In this document: positions 14,596-28,590 of the stretch, in pieces
Layout of the letters: every line of letters begins with the position of its first letter
Numbering within the stretch: the stretch's first letter is position 1
NCBI RefSeq assembly: GCF_964355755.1
Contig: NC_092678.1
Span: forward strand, 12,522,352 to 12,586,351
DNA: 64,000 nt
Source of the DNA: Antedon mediterranea
Taxonomy: Eukaryota; Animalia; Echinodermata
Reading direction: 5' to 3'
Position numbers and translations under genes: made by a program
The notes under the pieces: model-generated
Databases searched by the model: none
What the model saw: only the letters and a program-made list of their open reading frames with translations
Told to the model about the DNA's origin: nothing

Positions 14596-17500
14596 CTAGA
14601 ATTTAATTCGTCACTTTGACGAATTATAGGTGATCATTTTTATCATTTTAATGAAATTAACATTTTTTAAACATGCACGTACGTTAACATACGATCGTAA
14701 AAAGCTGATGTACGCCATCCTATGACATGATGCATATACACTTATAGTGCTGAGTTGTACCTATTATGTACAGTATATACTGTATGTCTATATACAGTGT
14801 AGCATAGGTGAAATTACGGGACCCACATCGTGTTCAAATTTGTTGGTATGATGGAATTATCAAAATAAACTCGAAGATGACAATTTCGAAAGATAATGAA
14901 TTGAGCAAATAAATATAAGGATTGGAAGAGAATTTGACACGTAGAAGCACAATGCGCGCTCTTTGAAATTTGTATAACTTCGACTAAAAAAATTTAAAAA
15001 CTACTTTTTAACTTCAACTGGCCATATGATAACATCACAACATCCGATAGGCTTAATTTTTATATGAATTCATATCTACATTTCATCAGCTTTCATAATA
15101 AATTATAATCTTCAAGGTCACCTTTAATTCTGAGGAGCTATAAGATATTCAAATGTATGGTGTAGCTGAAATTACACGACCTAGGTTATTCAAGTTTTTA
15201 CGCGTGATGACGTCATCAAAATAAAAATGTTGACAACTTATGAGAAAGATAATTAATTGAGCAAGCACATACTAAAATGTGTGCAAAAATTGGGCTCAAA
15301 TAACGGAGATGCGCTCTATTGAATGTGATAACCCACACAAAAAGATAATAATTACTAATTTTTAAATTCAAGTGGCCATTTCATGACGTCATACCATTTT
15401 GTACGTCTAATATGTATATCTATTTATATCTATAACTTATTGGCTTCCATAATAAGTTAAAAAAATTGGGGGTCACCTGCCATTCTGAAGAGTTATATTC
15501 ATTTTAAAAAGGCCTTATTTTTTTACCATTTTTAGCACTTTTGTACAGTTAATGTGCGCATTTTGTCATTTTTAACGTGCTCGTATAGCGTTATTTTAAG
15601 TCGGAATGGACTCAAAGTCGGAGAATGTACTAAGGATTGTGAGTAGAATATGATGTATACATCAAATTTTATTTTTTACCCTTTTTAAAAATCCCGTGCG
15701 CAAAAATGTGTTTTTGCGCAGTAATTTTTTTAAACACGCAAATGGCCTATTTCATGCTCTAAATTGATAAAAACTAAATTTTGAGCTTTTTAAAATTTCA
15801 ACGCGCGATTTCACGCGCATGACCTTGAAACGCCCGAGTTTTTATTTGCTAATCTTTTTTATCTTGACCTCAAGTTTACGTGTAGTGATTTTCATTAATA
15901 TGTGATAATGAATTATGGAGATATGATTGATAATGTGATTTCACAAAATGGCGTATACGTGACGTCACGGATGAGTGATCACGCTGAAAAGTTTATTAGG
16001 ACTAAGTTAACGTATTTGAAAAACATTGTGAAATGTTGGTAATCATTGACATTAAACTTTTTGAGATATTTGTTACACAAAATCTGTACAGAGAGAAATA
16101 AATAACTAGACATGTAACTCGTCACTTTGACGAGTTTGGTTATCCGCCGCGCAAGTGGTGCAACATTAACATTAAGGGGATAGGTTGAGGACAAAAGGAA
16201 GTGTTCACGTTGGCATTATGACCTGAACTGAAGAATATGATATGTTGTTATTGCTGAATTTTATTATTTAAATTCATATATAGTATACACAGTATAATCT
16301 GTATCCATATCACATACAGTGTAGAATAGGTGAAATTACGGGACCCGCTATTTATTGCAATTTTTTAACATGTTGACGGTTTTAAAATGAAACGCGAAGG
16401 TAGCAATTCCGAAAGGAAATTATCTCAGCAACAACGTATTAGCGTGTAGAAGAAATTTGAATACGTGAAATATTGATGCGCGCTCTTTTAAATGTAATGA
16501 ATTATGACGCAAAAGATGAAAATACGACCTTTTTTATTTAACTGGCCATATGATGACGTCACAACATCCGATTGGCAACATTTTTACATAATTTCGTATC
16601 TACAATCCAATAGCTTCCAGAAAAAGTTTTAATCGTGATTATCACATTTTATTCTTACGAGCTATAACAGATTAAAATTTACTGTAAAGATGAAATTAAT
16701 GCCACACGTGATTTAAATTTTTAGGCATGATGACGTCAAAAAAATTAAAATATTTTTAACTCATGCCAAAGACAGTTGATTGACCTAGACAATATCAAAA
16801 TCGGGGTTAAAATGGAAAACGGATAAGTAGAGATGCGCTCTATTCAATGTGATGAGCTATGACGAAAGATACAAAAATCCTAAATTTTATGTTCGCGTGG
16901 CCATACGATGACGTCACAATGTCTGGTTAGCCATATTAATACCTGATCCGATATCTAAAACTCATCTACTTCCAGAATATGTCATCCACAAAAATTTGAC
17001 CGTCTAGTTTAGAAATTACGACTGTTTAAAAAAAGGCATCTTTTAAACGAATTTTTTAACCTTTTCATAAAAAACGCGCGCAAATTGTCCAATTGGACGT
17101 GCTCGTATGACGTATCTTTAAGTCGAAATTGTTTAAAATTTGGTAAAATTACTAGAAAAGGCTGGAAAAACATAAATCACGCGAAAAAAATACGTTTTCA
17201 ATGCTACGTGCGCACGGCACACGTAAAAATGTGCGCACGCGTGGGAATTTTTTACATGCTTAAAACGACATGAAACGCGTAGAAAGTTGATTAGAAATTA
17301 ATTTTGCGCATTTTGAAATTTTAAATGCGCGTGCGCGCGTAACTTTGTGTAAAACACGCAATTTTTTTTCAACTGACAGTTAGCGCATGATATAAATTAA
17401 ACTTTTGCAAAGTTTCACTTTAAAATGTTATTTGGTTTTCGACATATGTTAAATACGAGAAAATTGTTAAATCGCGCGTACGTCGCGTTGCGCAATTGTA

Positions 17501-17768
17501 AACATCATGAAAAGCTTCGCTTGACGACGTTACATAAATGTCAAAATGTTAACATAGTTAACAAAATGTTATGTTTGCAAGTTTTAGAGAAAAGCGTTAC
17601 ACAAAAATCATACAGAAAGAAAGAAGATGACAAAAAAGATGATGATGATTTCGTACAATCACAAGAGGTTATCCTGCAACTTCGTTGCGGATAACCAATA
17701 AGAATAAGAAGAATAAAGATTTCATACAATAACAATAGGTGATCATTTTATTCTAAATGATCACCTAA
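14596..17768 (-). mobile_element. Helentron-like family A, second copy nested in the first (14596-16105 + ~17699-17768)
   Basis: Near-identical 1.5-kb copy of 13079-14595. Its own terminal hairpin reappears at 17735-17768. Confidence 0.75.
16106..17698 (-). mobile_element. Helentron-like family B copy, innermost
   Basis: CTAG, hairpin ACTCGTCA-CTT-TGACGAGT, subTIR GGTTATCCGC, and far-end hairpin GGTTATCC..GCAAC-TTC-GTTGCGGATAACC. Further copies at 23779-26297 and 26731-28277. Confidence 0.75.
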
Positions 17769-18569
17769 TAAGAAGAATAAAGATTTCATACAATAACAAT
17801 AGGTGATCATTTTATTCTAAATGATCACCTAATTAATCTTTACATACCTATACTGAATAGCTACCTGTATCTACTAATAGTACTATCTATAATCATTAAT
17901 TGAAAAGCTAAAACTGGATTGTTGTACCAACAAGCATGGAAAAAATATCCCACACAGATAATATTGCTCATTTCAGGATTACATGCTGCACTGGTAGTTA
18001 AGTATGTATAGTATCAGTTTTGTGTAATACTCTTTTTCTGCATACATTTGTACAACTTGTAACAACTTGTAACACGTGTTTGATCTCCTGATTTATTACA
18101 CGTTTTTATATACGTATACGCTGAGAAATATCGGGAGGAAAGCATAGTTTCACGCTATTTGATTACTATGATTGGTCAGCTTAATACCGTGAGGTGGTTT
18201 CCCGAATGATCGTAAAATAAAAAACGGTACTGGGTATGACCAACTAGCTTTCTTGTCACCAACTAGTCATCCATTCATAGAAGTACTGATGTAGTAGCCT
18301 ACCTGTACGGTGACCATAGAATGTGACCCGAGACATGACTAACTACGAATTTTAGATGATAGAAAGTTGAGAAAATTTGTTACGAGTAGTTGTACTGAAG
18401 ATGTTTATGAAAATATGTTAAAGATGTAAAACATACTACACTAGGCGTATAAACAGTAATGTTTGTTAGTAAAAACAAATTTATGTTAAAAGATATAAGG
18501 AAGAAAAGCAAAGAGATTATGGAGCGGCTGTACCTGAATATACAATACAAGTATTGTAAAGGTTAAAAA

Positions 18570-19509
18570 CTAGAAATTTAGGCGATCTTGTCAAAGGTCA
18601 AGCGCCTTCAGCCTGCCACGTTTCGATATTCAATATTGAACTTGACCTGACGTGGTTCCACAATATCTTTATACGAAAAATTTGTAGAGTGGATAGAAAA
18701 TTATTAAAAAGGTTATTGTTTTAACTGTTTTTAATATAATATATTCATTGTTCGTTTTAATGTTAAACTATGTTTAAATTTCCTCACCTTTTTAAAAGAA
18801 TTTTATTTCACGATGAAGGAGATTGAAAGTTTATGTTGCGTACTTGTTTCTGTGTGTACAGGACGCTAAAATATTAAAATTATTAGAGGATTTACGTAAT
18901 ATGATTATATTTTATGGTTTATATGAATGATAATTTTAAAATAGAAATGATTTAGTTCTAAATATAATATTAATTAGTCTTACCATTTGGTTTGGATATT
19001 ATTGAAATAATGATGCCTGAGGGAATAGAAACTTGTGGAACAGAGATTGGAATGTTCCATTCATTTCAAATCAATACATTTGCATAAACGTATATTAAAT
19101 CTATCAAAATAGTATTTTTTAAAGAAAATCGGCCTGTCTTCAACATTATGATGCTGTACTCGAGCTGTTCAACCGGTTTTCAGCCATTAAAAACAATTAT
19201 CGTAGGAGGAGATAGGAAAATGCGAAGCATCCTCGTATTATTGTCTGTGGGTATTTTTTAAGACGGACATCCATTAGACAGTGTATACCACGATCGAAAA
19301 ACACCCCTATTTGGGGCAAATCGTTGAACCTAAATTCGTTTTAATCGTCAATAACTAATTATCGAGCTCAATTTAATTAGTAAACAGGGTTACATCAGGT
19401 GGTTAAAATCAGTACCGAAAGTACGAACCAACTTTATATACCATCGAGTAAACATTCTAGAAATAACGCGCGATTTACCGAATTTTCCCCACGTAAATTT
19501 ATATATAGA
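18570..19509 (-). mobile_element. Non-autonomous Helitron
   Basis: 5' TC at 19509 and 3' CTAG at 18570 with an imperfect subterminal hairpin. Inserted between A and T. ~19040-19509 is nearly identical to ~48800-49275. Confidence 0.7.
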
Positions 19510-20120
19510 TGCAATAGCTGTGTGTAATTGTGGAGGGAAACCACCTGCTCTCCAGCAGGGGTCTCCCACACTCAGGCAAACCGTCTTAGGCAAATCCCCA
19601 TTTGTCTGACCTTTGGAGGGTACAGACTCCACCAGCACGTCACCAATACCTGCAATCTCTGTTACTTTGCAATCTTGGTGTTGAAAGTGCCGCCCTGTCT
19701 GATCTGCCTCATGCAGGATAGAGATTATGAGCGTGAAAAAGTCTGAATTTTAGACAGACTTGTGGTGGCGGGCATGGGAGCGGGCACAGTGGCACCATCG
19801 GCGTGGGACCAAAAGCTATAAGTACAGCATGAAGGGAGAAATATTTTGGAGAGGATAACGAGGCTTCAATTTGCCTCAAGAGAGCTCTCAACACTGTTGA
19901 AATGGCCTCCAGCACTGCAAGGAACCAACATTCATCTTGCATGCTCAAAGAAGAGGACTGGAATTAGGCCATAAGCAAGAACCGGAGCTGCTCCATAAAG
20001 GGGGGTAATTAGTCTAGTTTCCTTATGAGATGTGGGAATGATAACTCAGAAGGCCAGCTAAAAAGGTAAGCCTAATCACTATCTTAGGCAGTACGCAAGA
20101 ACAGGAGCTGCTTCATAATG

Positions 20121-22888
20121 TAGATGAGTGGAAATAGACTTTTCAGTCAAACAAATTGCAACAGTTTGTTTTTTTGCTGAAATATGCTCAACTATATGTA
20201 GATATTATCATATCCAAAATCTACCCTGATCTGCCCATTATAAATTACCTAATTTGCATAAAATCAAAATGGCTGCCATTTTACAACTTTGATCCCAATT
20301 ATCTCTTAAACCATAAAAAATTTGGTGTAAGAATGTATTGAACACAAATATAAACATGACCCCAAAGATTCAGAATAATATATTTGATTTGTCTTTGGGG
20401 TCAAGGTCAAAGGTCATTCCAGTTTGACATCTAAAATATGCTAATTATCTCTTAAGCCTTTAGGTATTTTGAATAAGAATGTATAAGTACAAATATAAAT
20501 GTGACCCTAAAGATTTAAAATAATTTATTTGATTTGTCTTTGGGGTCAAGGTCAAAGGTCATTCCAGTATGGCCTCTAAAATATGCTAATTATCTCGTAA
20601 TCCATTAGGTATTTTGAATGAGAATGTTTAACTATAAGTACAAATATAAAGCCTAAACATGACCCTACTGGTTTAGAATAATGTACAGTAATTGAGTTGT
20701 ATTAGGGTTCAAGGTTCATCTAATTACACTATATAAAATTTGAAAATAACTCTCAAAACATCAGGTATTTTTAACAAGAATGTATTTATTTATAAATATG
20801 ACCCTAAATATTCAGAATGATGCAATTGAGTTTATGAGTAGTTTTGAGTATATGGGGTCAAAGTCAAATGTCATCTAATAATGCCATATAAAATATGATA
20901 ATTATCTCGCAAAACATCAGGTATTTTTAACAAGAATGTATTTAATAGAAATATACAGTAATAATGTTCTTATGATTTGCATTTGATTTGTATTGGGTCA
21001 AGATAAAATATCATTATCTTACAATATAAAATACTCTAATTATGAAGTGAATTCATTTCAATTTGGATGATGTACCTATGAACAAATCATATCTATTTTG
21101 AAAAGCTCATTTGAGTTAACTTCAGGGATCAGACAGGAAAGGTGTTTTAATTGTAAGGAATTACATTTATTATATTTGGTTTTATTTGATTATAGTACAC
21201 TATGCTAAAATATGTCACAAAAACTTTCAATCCTGGCTGGTTGTGTGAAGTGTTTAAACTGAAATTATGGGAAAGTGTGGAAACACCTTTACCCTTACAA
21301 AATTTGTAACTGTGAAAATGGAGGTCATGTGGTTCAAACAGTAACCGACCACTTGAAACAGTAAAACCTGACCCTAACATTGGGAAAAGTTAAGTTGTAC
21401 TAACCAAAGGGTGCAGTAGTGAAAGATGACATATTCTGTGTATTAAGAATACAGTATGTGAACTAAAAATCTTTAGAACAAGTGTCTATAGTTGACTTTA
21501 GTATAAGAACGAGTCCTCTGCTCTCAAATGACACAAATACAGAAAATATAGAGATACTGTACATTAAAAAAAAAAAGAATCTTTCGTAACACCCTAAATT
21601 TTTAAGTTTGAGATGGATAAAAATTTAAACAAATCCAGCCATTAAAAACAAGTGTAGTTTGTATTCATATTTAAATACCCGGTTTGTGTATGTTAAAATT
21701 TATGTAAACACAAACATTTTAAAGTATCAGTATATATTAGGATTAAGTAACAGTATTTATTAATACTTTTATTAGCAAAATGATGCTTCAATCCAAAATT
21801 GTAATAAATACAGTAAGACAGTAAGTCATTTTGATACTTACTAAAGTATACTTTAACATAACTAGTTCTTTGCAACTATTGTTGCTTAGTTTAATTGTAG
21901 ATAATTTGATTTTAAAAAAAAAGATAGATGATAATTTAAATTACAAATTATCAGAAAGCTAAGTTTATTGGTCTACTCCGACGTAATTTTACTGAATTCT
22001 CAGTGAAGCGAGAATTGTCCAGAGTATGGCAAAAACACCTTAAAAAGTAACTCCATTGACGATCGAGTCTGACCCAAGAATTATTTAAACATTTTTGTGT
22101 CCAATGTTTCAGAAATGTAAGGTTATAAGCTTTGTAGGTCTACTAAAGTAGGTATGCCTAAATGTAAAAGTAAATGTAAAAATAAGCTATACTATATGGT
22201 ATAAAGTAAATGACCTACTGATACTATGTAAATTTAGTAGTTATAATATTTATAAATAAACAATTTTTTCAAAATTGACCTAGTAATCTCTGGGTGAGTG
22301 GGAGAGGTGTGGGCGCAGTGTGCAGACATCAATCTGCTGCAATGTCTGTACTGTATATGCTATGTTTTTAGTAGTAGTAAGACTACTATGGAAATTGATT
22401 TAAAGGATAATTTGAATTTGTTTATATTGTGACCTTTGACCCAGTGACCCCACGGTAAGATGAAAAATCAAATGTGCTATTCTGAATCTTAAGGGTCATG
22501 TTTATATTTGTACTTATACATTCTTTTTCAAAATACCTAATGGATTAAGAGATAATTAGCATAATTTAGATGTCAAACTGGAATGACCTTTGACCTTGAC
22601 CCAAAGACAAATCAAATATATTATTCTGAATCTCTGGGGTCATGTTTATATTTGTGTTCAATACATTCTTATACCAAATTCTTTATGGTTTAAGAGATAA
22701 TTGGGATCAAAGTTGTAAAATGGCAGCCATTTTGATTTTATGCAAATTAGGTAATTTATAATGGGCAGATCAGGGTAGATTTTGGATATGATAATATCTA
22801 CATATAGTTGAGCATATTTCAGCAAAAAAACAAACTGTTGCAATTTGTTTGACTAAACGCCTATTTTTCATCTATTTCCACTCATCTA
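20121..22888. mobile_element. Academ-like non-autonomous TIR element
   Basis: ~370-bp TIRs starting TAGATGAGTGGAAATAGA and ending ..CTCATCTA. 3-bp TSD ATG (20118-20120, 22889-22891). Internal ~120-bp subrepeats. The superfamily call is inferred from TAG termini plus the 3-bp TSD. Confidence 0.75.
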
Positions 22889-23082
22889 ATGGGGGAATCT
22901 TGACATGTCTGTGAAGTTGGTTACTAGTTCCTAGTTCCTTATTCAAATTCAATTAAAGGGACAGTCACAAATATTTAAAACAAATTTTAATACGTAATAA
23001 CTGTCTAATTGAGTTGTTATTGCATCAACATGTTTGACCTCTTCTACTTCTTCCGGTCAAAGCTCAATAACATTTTATGCAT

Positions 23083-23690
23083 TTACGCCCTCTACGGCGA
23101 ATAAGTAACTAGCTTTTACGAACGTTATAACACTTGACCTACTTAATATTTTCAAAATATTTTGGTATAGATCGATGACCTTTGACCAGACCTACTCTAC
23201 CATTTTCCACCCCAGTTCCGCGAACTTTTTTACATCTGCGCCCTCTACGGCGAATAAGTGACTGGCTTTTACAAACGTTATAACACTTAACCTACTTAAT
23301 TTTTTCAAAAGTTTGTAAAGCCAGTTACTTATTCGCCGTAGATGGCGTAGATGCAAAAAAGTTCGCGGAACTGGGGTGGCGAATGGTAAAGTAGGTCAAG
23401 GGTGATCGATCCATACAAAAATATTTTGAAAAAATTAAGTATGTCAAGTGTTATAACGATCGTAAAGCTAGTTACTTATTCGCCATAGAGGGCGTAGATG
23501 CAAAAAAGTTTGCGGAACTGGGGTGGCAAATGGTAAAGTTGGTCAAGGGTGATCGATTCATCCCAAAATATTGGGTTACTTATTTGCCGTAGAGGGCGTA
23601 GATGTAAAAAACTTCACGGAACTAGGGTGGCAAATGGTAAAGTAGGTGGCAAATGGTAAAGTAGGTGATTGATCCACACCAAGGAATTTG
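23083..23690. repeat. ~150-bp unit array that inverts at ~23315 (fold-back)
   Basis: CGCCCTCTACGGCGAATAAGT forward at ~23086 and ~23239. Reverse complement at ~23330, ~23480 and ~23585. Confidence 0.75.
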
Positions 23691-23778
23691 CTTATATGAA
23701 CAGACGGATCGATCTGGAGAGAGGTGTCTGACTCCTGGGGACCAGACCTTTAAAGGTCGTAGTACTACAATCCAGTAA

Positions 23779-26297
23779 TTGGTTATCCGCAACGAAGTTG
23801 CAGGATAACCTCTTGTGATTGTACGGAATCATTCTGTATGATTTTTGTGTAACGCTTTTCTCTAAAACTCGCAAACATAACATTTCGGTAACTATCTTAA
23901 CATATTGACATTTACGTAACGTCGTCAAGCGAAGCTTTTCATGACGTTTACAATTGCGCAACGTGACTTACGCGCGATTTAACGATTTTGTCGTATTTAA
24001 CATAGCTCGACAACCAAATAACATTTCAACTTGAAACTTTGCAAAAGTTTAATTTATATCATGCGCTAACTTTCTGTTGAAAAAAAATTCCGTGTTTTAA
24101 ACAAAGTTACGCGCGCACGCGCATTTAAAATTTCAAAATGCGCAAAATTAATTTCTAATCAACTTTCTACGCGTTTCATGTCGTTTTAAGCATGTCAAAA
24201 ATTCCCACGCGTGCGCACATTTTTACGTGTGCGGTGTGCACGTAGCATTGAAAACGTATTTTTTTCGCGTGATTTATGTTTTTCCAGCCTTTTCTAGTAA
24301 TTTTACCAAGTTTTAAACAATTTCGACTTAAACATACGTCATACGAGCACGTCGAATTGGACAATTTGCGCGCGTTTTTTATGAAAAGGTTAAAAAATTC
24401 GTTTAAAATATGCCTTTTTTTAAACAGTCGTAATTTCTAAACTAGACGGTCAAATTTTTGTGGATGACATATTCTAGAAGTAGATGAGTTGTAGATATTG
24501 GATCAGGTATTAATATGGCTAACCGGACATTGTGACGTCATCGTATGGCCACGCGAATATAAAATTTAGGATTTTTGTATCTTTCGTCATAGCTCATCAC
24601 ATTGAATAGAGCGCATCTCCACTTATCCGTTTTCCATTTTCACCCCGATTTTGATATTGTCTAGGTCAATCAACTATCTTTCGCATGAGTTAAAAATATT
24701 TTAATTTTTTTGACGTCATCATGCCTCAAAATTTAAATCACGTGTGGCATCAATTTCATCTTTACAGTAAATTTTAATCTGTTATAGCTCGTAAAAATAA
24801 AATGTGATAATCACGATTAAAACTGTTTCTGGAAGCTATTGGATTGTAGATACGAAATTATGTAAAAATGTTGCCAATCGGATGTTGTGACGTCATCATA
24901 TGGCCAGTTAAATAAAAAAGGTCGTATTTTCATCTTTTGCGTCATAATTCATTACATTTAAAAGAGCGCGCATCAATATTTCACGTATTCAAATTTCTCC
25001 TACACGCTAATACGTTGTTGCTGAGATAATTTCCTTTCGGAATTGCTACCTTCGCGTTTCATTTTAAAACCGTCAACATGTTAAAAATTGCAATAAATAG
25101 CGGGTCCCGTAATTTCACCTATTCTACACTGTATGTGATATGGATAGAGATTATACTGTGTATACTATATATGAATTTAAATAATAAAATTCAGCAATAA
25201 CAACATATCATATTCTTCAGTTCAGGTCATAATGCCAACGTGAACACTTCCTTTTGTTACCAAATTTTAAACAATTTCGACTTAAAGAGACGTCATACGA
25301 GCACGTCGAATTGGACAATTTGCGCGCGTTTTTTATGAAAAGGTTAAAAAATTCGTTTAAAATATGCCTTTTTTTAAACAGTCGTAATTTCTAAACTAGA
25401 CGGTCAACTTTTTGTGGATGGCATATTCTGGAAGTAGATGAGTTGTAGATATCGGATCAGGTATTAATATGGCCAACCGGACATTGTGACGTCATCGTAT
25501 GGCCACGCGAATATAAAATTTAGGATTTTTGTATCTTTCGTCATAGCTCATCACATTGAATAGAGCGCATCTACACTTATCCGTTTTCCATTTTCACCCC
25601 GATTTTGATATTGTCTAGGTCAATCAACTATCTTTCGCATGAATTAAAAATATCTTAATTTTTATGACGTCATCAATCCTAAAAATTGAAATCACGTGTG
25701 GCATTAATTTCATCTTTACAGTAAATTTTAATCTGTTATAGCTCGTAAGAATAAAATGTGATAATCACGATTAAAACTTTTTCTGGAAGCTATTGGATTG
25801 TAGATACGAAATTATGTAAAAATGTTGCCAATCGGATATTGTGACGTCATCATATGGCCAGTTAAATAAAAAAGGTCGTATTTTCATCTTTTGCGTCATA
25901 ATTCATTACATTTAAAAGAGCGCGCATCAATATTTCACGTATTCAAATTTCTTCTACACGCTAATACGTTGTTGCTGAGATAATTTACTTTCGGAATTGC
26001 TACCTTCGCGTTTCATTTTAAAACCGTCAACATGTTAAAAATTGCAATAAATAGCGGGTCCCGTAATTTCACCTATTCTACACTGTATGTGATATGGATA
26101 CAGATTATACTGTGTATACTATATATGAATTTAAATAATAAAACTCAGCAATAACAACATATCATATTCTTCAGTTCAGGTCCTAATGCCAACGTGAACA
26201 CTTCCTTTTGTCCTCAACCTATCCCCTTAATGTTAATGTTGCACCACTTGCGCGGCGGATAACCAAACTCGTCAAAGTGACGAGTTACATGTCTAGT
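23779..26297 (+). mobile_element. Helentron-like family B copy with a ~950-bp internal tandem duplication
   Basis: Reverse complement of 16106-17698. ~24305-25257 is repeated at ~25258-26208. Confidence 0.8.
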
Positions 26298-26730
26298 TTT
26301 CTTTGCATGCAAACAGCAAATCAGACATGTTTTCTCTTCCATGTCTCGAAAAGAAATGATGACGGTGAATTGTGGGGATGTTCCCACTTGAGATTTGTGG
26401 ACTGTACCATTTAGAGAGAGGGGTGTTCGCTCTTCGAGGAGAAATATGGCATTTATCGGTATATCCAGGTAAGCTAGGCACGAAATAGACTTAGTAGTAC
26501 ATTTGCACTGTTGCAGTATTATCAAAGACGATTATACAAAAACCAAACAATGTTAATATAATATAATGTGGGACCAGAAGCTTCCAACGAGAAATTATTA
26601 AACTGAAACAATAAAGATTGATTTCATATGTCGCATTATTAATATTGTAGAAACAGCGCTATTAGGCCTAGTTAGGGTAGCTAAGCTAGGCTATTGTATA
26701 TATGGGGCGGCAAACACATTAAATAAATAA

Positions 26731-28277
26731 CTAGACATGTAACTCGTCACTTTGACGAGTTTGGTTATCCGCCGCGCAAGTGGTGAAACATTAACATTAA
26801 GGGGATAGGTTGAGGACAAAAGGAAGTGTTCACGTTGGCATTATGACCTGAACTGAAGAATATATGTTGTTAAGCTGAATTTTATTATTTAAATTCATAT
26901 ATAGTAATTAGTATACACAGTATAATCTGTATCCATATCACATACAGTGTAGAATAGGTGAAATTACGGGACCCGCTATTTATTGCAATTTTAACATGTT
27001 GACGGTTTTAAAATGAAACGCGAAGGTAGCAGCAATTCCGAAAGGAAATTATCTCAGCAACAACATATTAGCGTGTAGAATAAATTTGAATACGTGAAAT
27101 ATTGATGCGCGCTCTTTTAAATCTAATGAATTATGACGCAAAAGATGAAAATACGACCTTTTTTATTTAACTGGCCATATGATGACGTCACAACATCCGA
27201 TTGGCAACATTTTTACATAATTTCGTATCTACAATCCAATAGCTTCCAGAAAAAGTTTTAATCGTGATTATCACATTTTATTCTTACGAGCTATAACAGA
27301 TTAAAATTTACTGTAAAGATGAAATTGATGCCACACGTGATTTAAATTTTTAGGCAAAAACATTAAAATATTTTTTACTCATGCGAAAGATAGTTGATTG
27401 ACCCAGACAATATCAAAATCGGGGTGAAAATGAAAAACGGATAAGTGGAGATGCGCTCTATTCAATGTGATGAGCTATGACGAAAGATACAAAAATCCTA
27501 AATTTTATATTCGCGTGGCCATACATGTCCGGTTAGCCATATTAATACCTGATCCGATATCTACAACTTATCTACTTCTAGAATATGCCATCCATAAAAA
27601 GTTGACCGTCTAGTTTAGAAATTACGACTGTTTAAAAAAAGGCATATTTTTAAACAAATTTTTTAACCTTTTCATAACAAACGCGCGCAAATTGTCCAAT
27701 TCGACGTGCTCGTATGACGTATCTTTAAGTCGAAATTGTTTAACATTTTGTAAAATTACTAGAAAAGGCTGGAAAAACATAAATCACGCGAAAAAAATAC
27801 GTTTTCAATGCTACGTGCGCACCGCACACGTAAAAATGTGCGCACGCGTGGGAATTTTTGACATGCTTAAAACGACATGAAACGCGTAGAAAGTTGATTA
27901 GAAATTAATTTTGCGCATTTTGAAATTTTAAATGCGCGTGCGCGCGTAACTTTGTGTAAAACACGGAATTTTTTTTCAACAGAAAGTTAGCGCATGATAT
28001 AAATTAAACTTTTGCAAAGTTTCAAGTTGAAATGTTATTTGGTTGTCGAGCTATGTTAAATACGACAAAATCGTTAAATCGCGCGTAAGTCACGTTGCGC
28101 AATTGTAAACGTCATGAAAAGCTTCGCTTGACGACGTTACGTAAATGTCAATATGTTAAGATAGTTACCGAAATGTTATGTTTGCGAGTTTTAGAGAAAA
28201 GCGTTACACAAAAATCATACAGAATGATTTCGTACAATCACAAGAGGTTATCCTGCAACTTCGTTGCCGATAACCAA
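26731..28277 (-). mobile_element. Helentron-like family B copy
   Basis: Same termini and body as 16106-17698, with small indels. Confidence 0.8.
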
Positions 28278-28279
28278 AT

Positions 28280-28590
28280 AGGCCCTAGAGGCATTAGTTA
28301 GGTAACATACCCAGATAGGCTAGCCGCTAGTAGTAGGGACAGACTAGTTACTCTAGGCCTAGTAGTAGGGTCAGGCCTAGGCCAGGTCTAGTAGGGCCAG
28401 GCCTAGCTTAGCCTAGAGGCCGCTAGCTAGGCCCTGGGCCTATACTAATAGGCCTACTAGGCTGTAAGCCTAGGCCTAGGCCTAGTACTAGGCCTACTAT
28501 TGCCTAGTAAGTAATTACTAGGCTAGTAAGTAAGTAGTAAGTAGTAAAATAAGTAAGTAAATAAGTAGGCTAAGTAAGTAGGGTAGGAAT
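28280..28590. repeat. TAGGCCTA/AGTA low-complexity tract
   Basis: Dense TAGGCC, CTAG and AAGT motifs. A similar tract lies at 39790-40380. Confidence 0.7.

Larger units (their letters stand above)
13079..17832 (-). mobile_element. Helentron/DINE-1-like non-autonomous element, family A, outer copy (13079-14595 + ~17769-17832)
   Basis: CTAG end with hairpin AATTCGTCA-CTT-TGACGAATT and subTIR TAGGTGATC. The other end is a TAGGTGATCATTT...AAATGATCACCTA hairpin next to an AAT/AAG microsatellite. No TSD. Confidence 0.75.

Noticed and set aside
20156-22843. Near-identical 61-aa ORFs on opposite strands
   Set aside because: By-product of the element's TIRs, with TTG starts and no domain.
17085-28301. 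Recurring 62-89-aa ORFs (MSN.TCSYDV.., MRNCKRHEK..)
   Set aside because: Chance ORFs within repeated Helentron-like copies.
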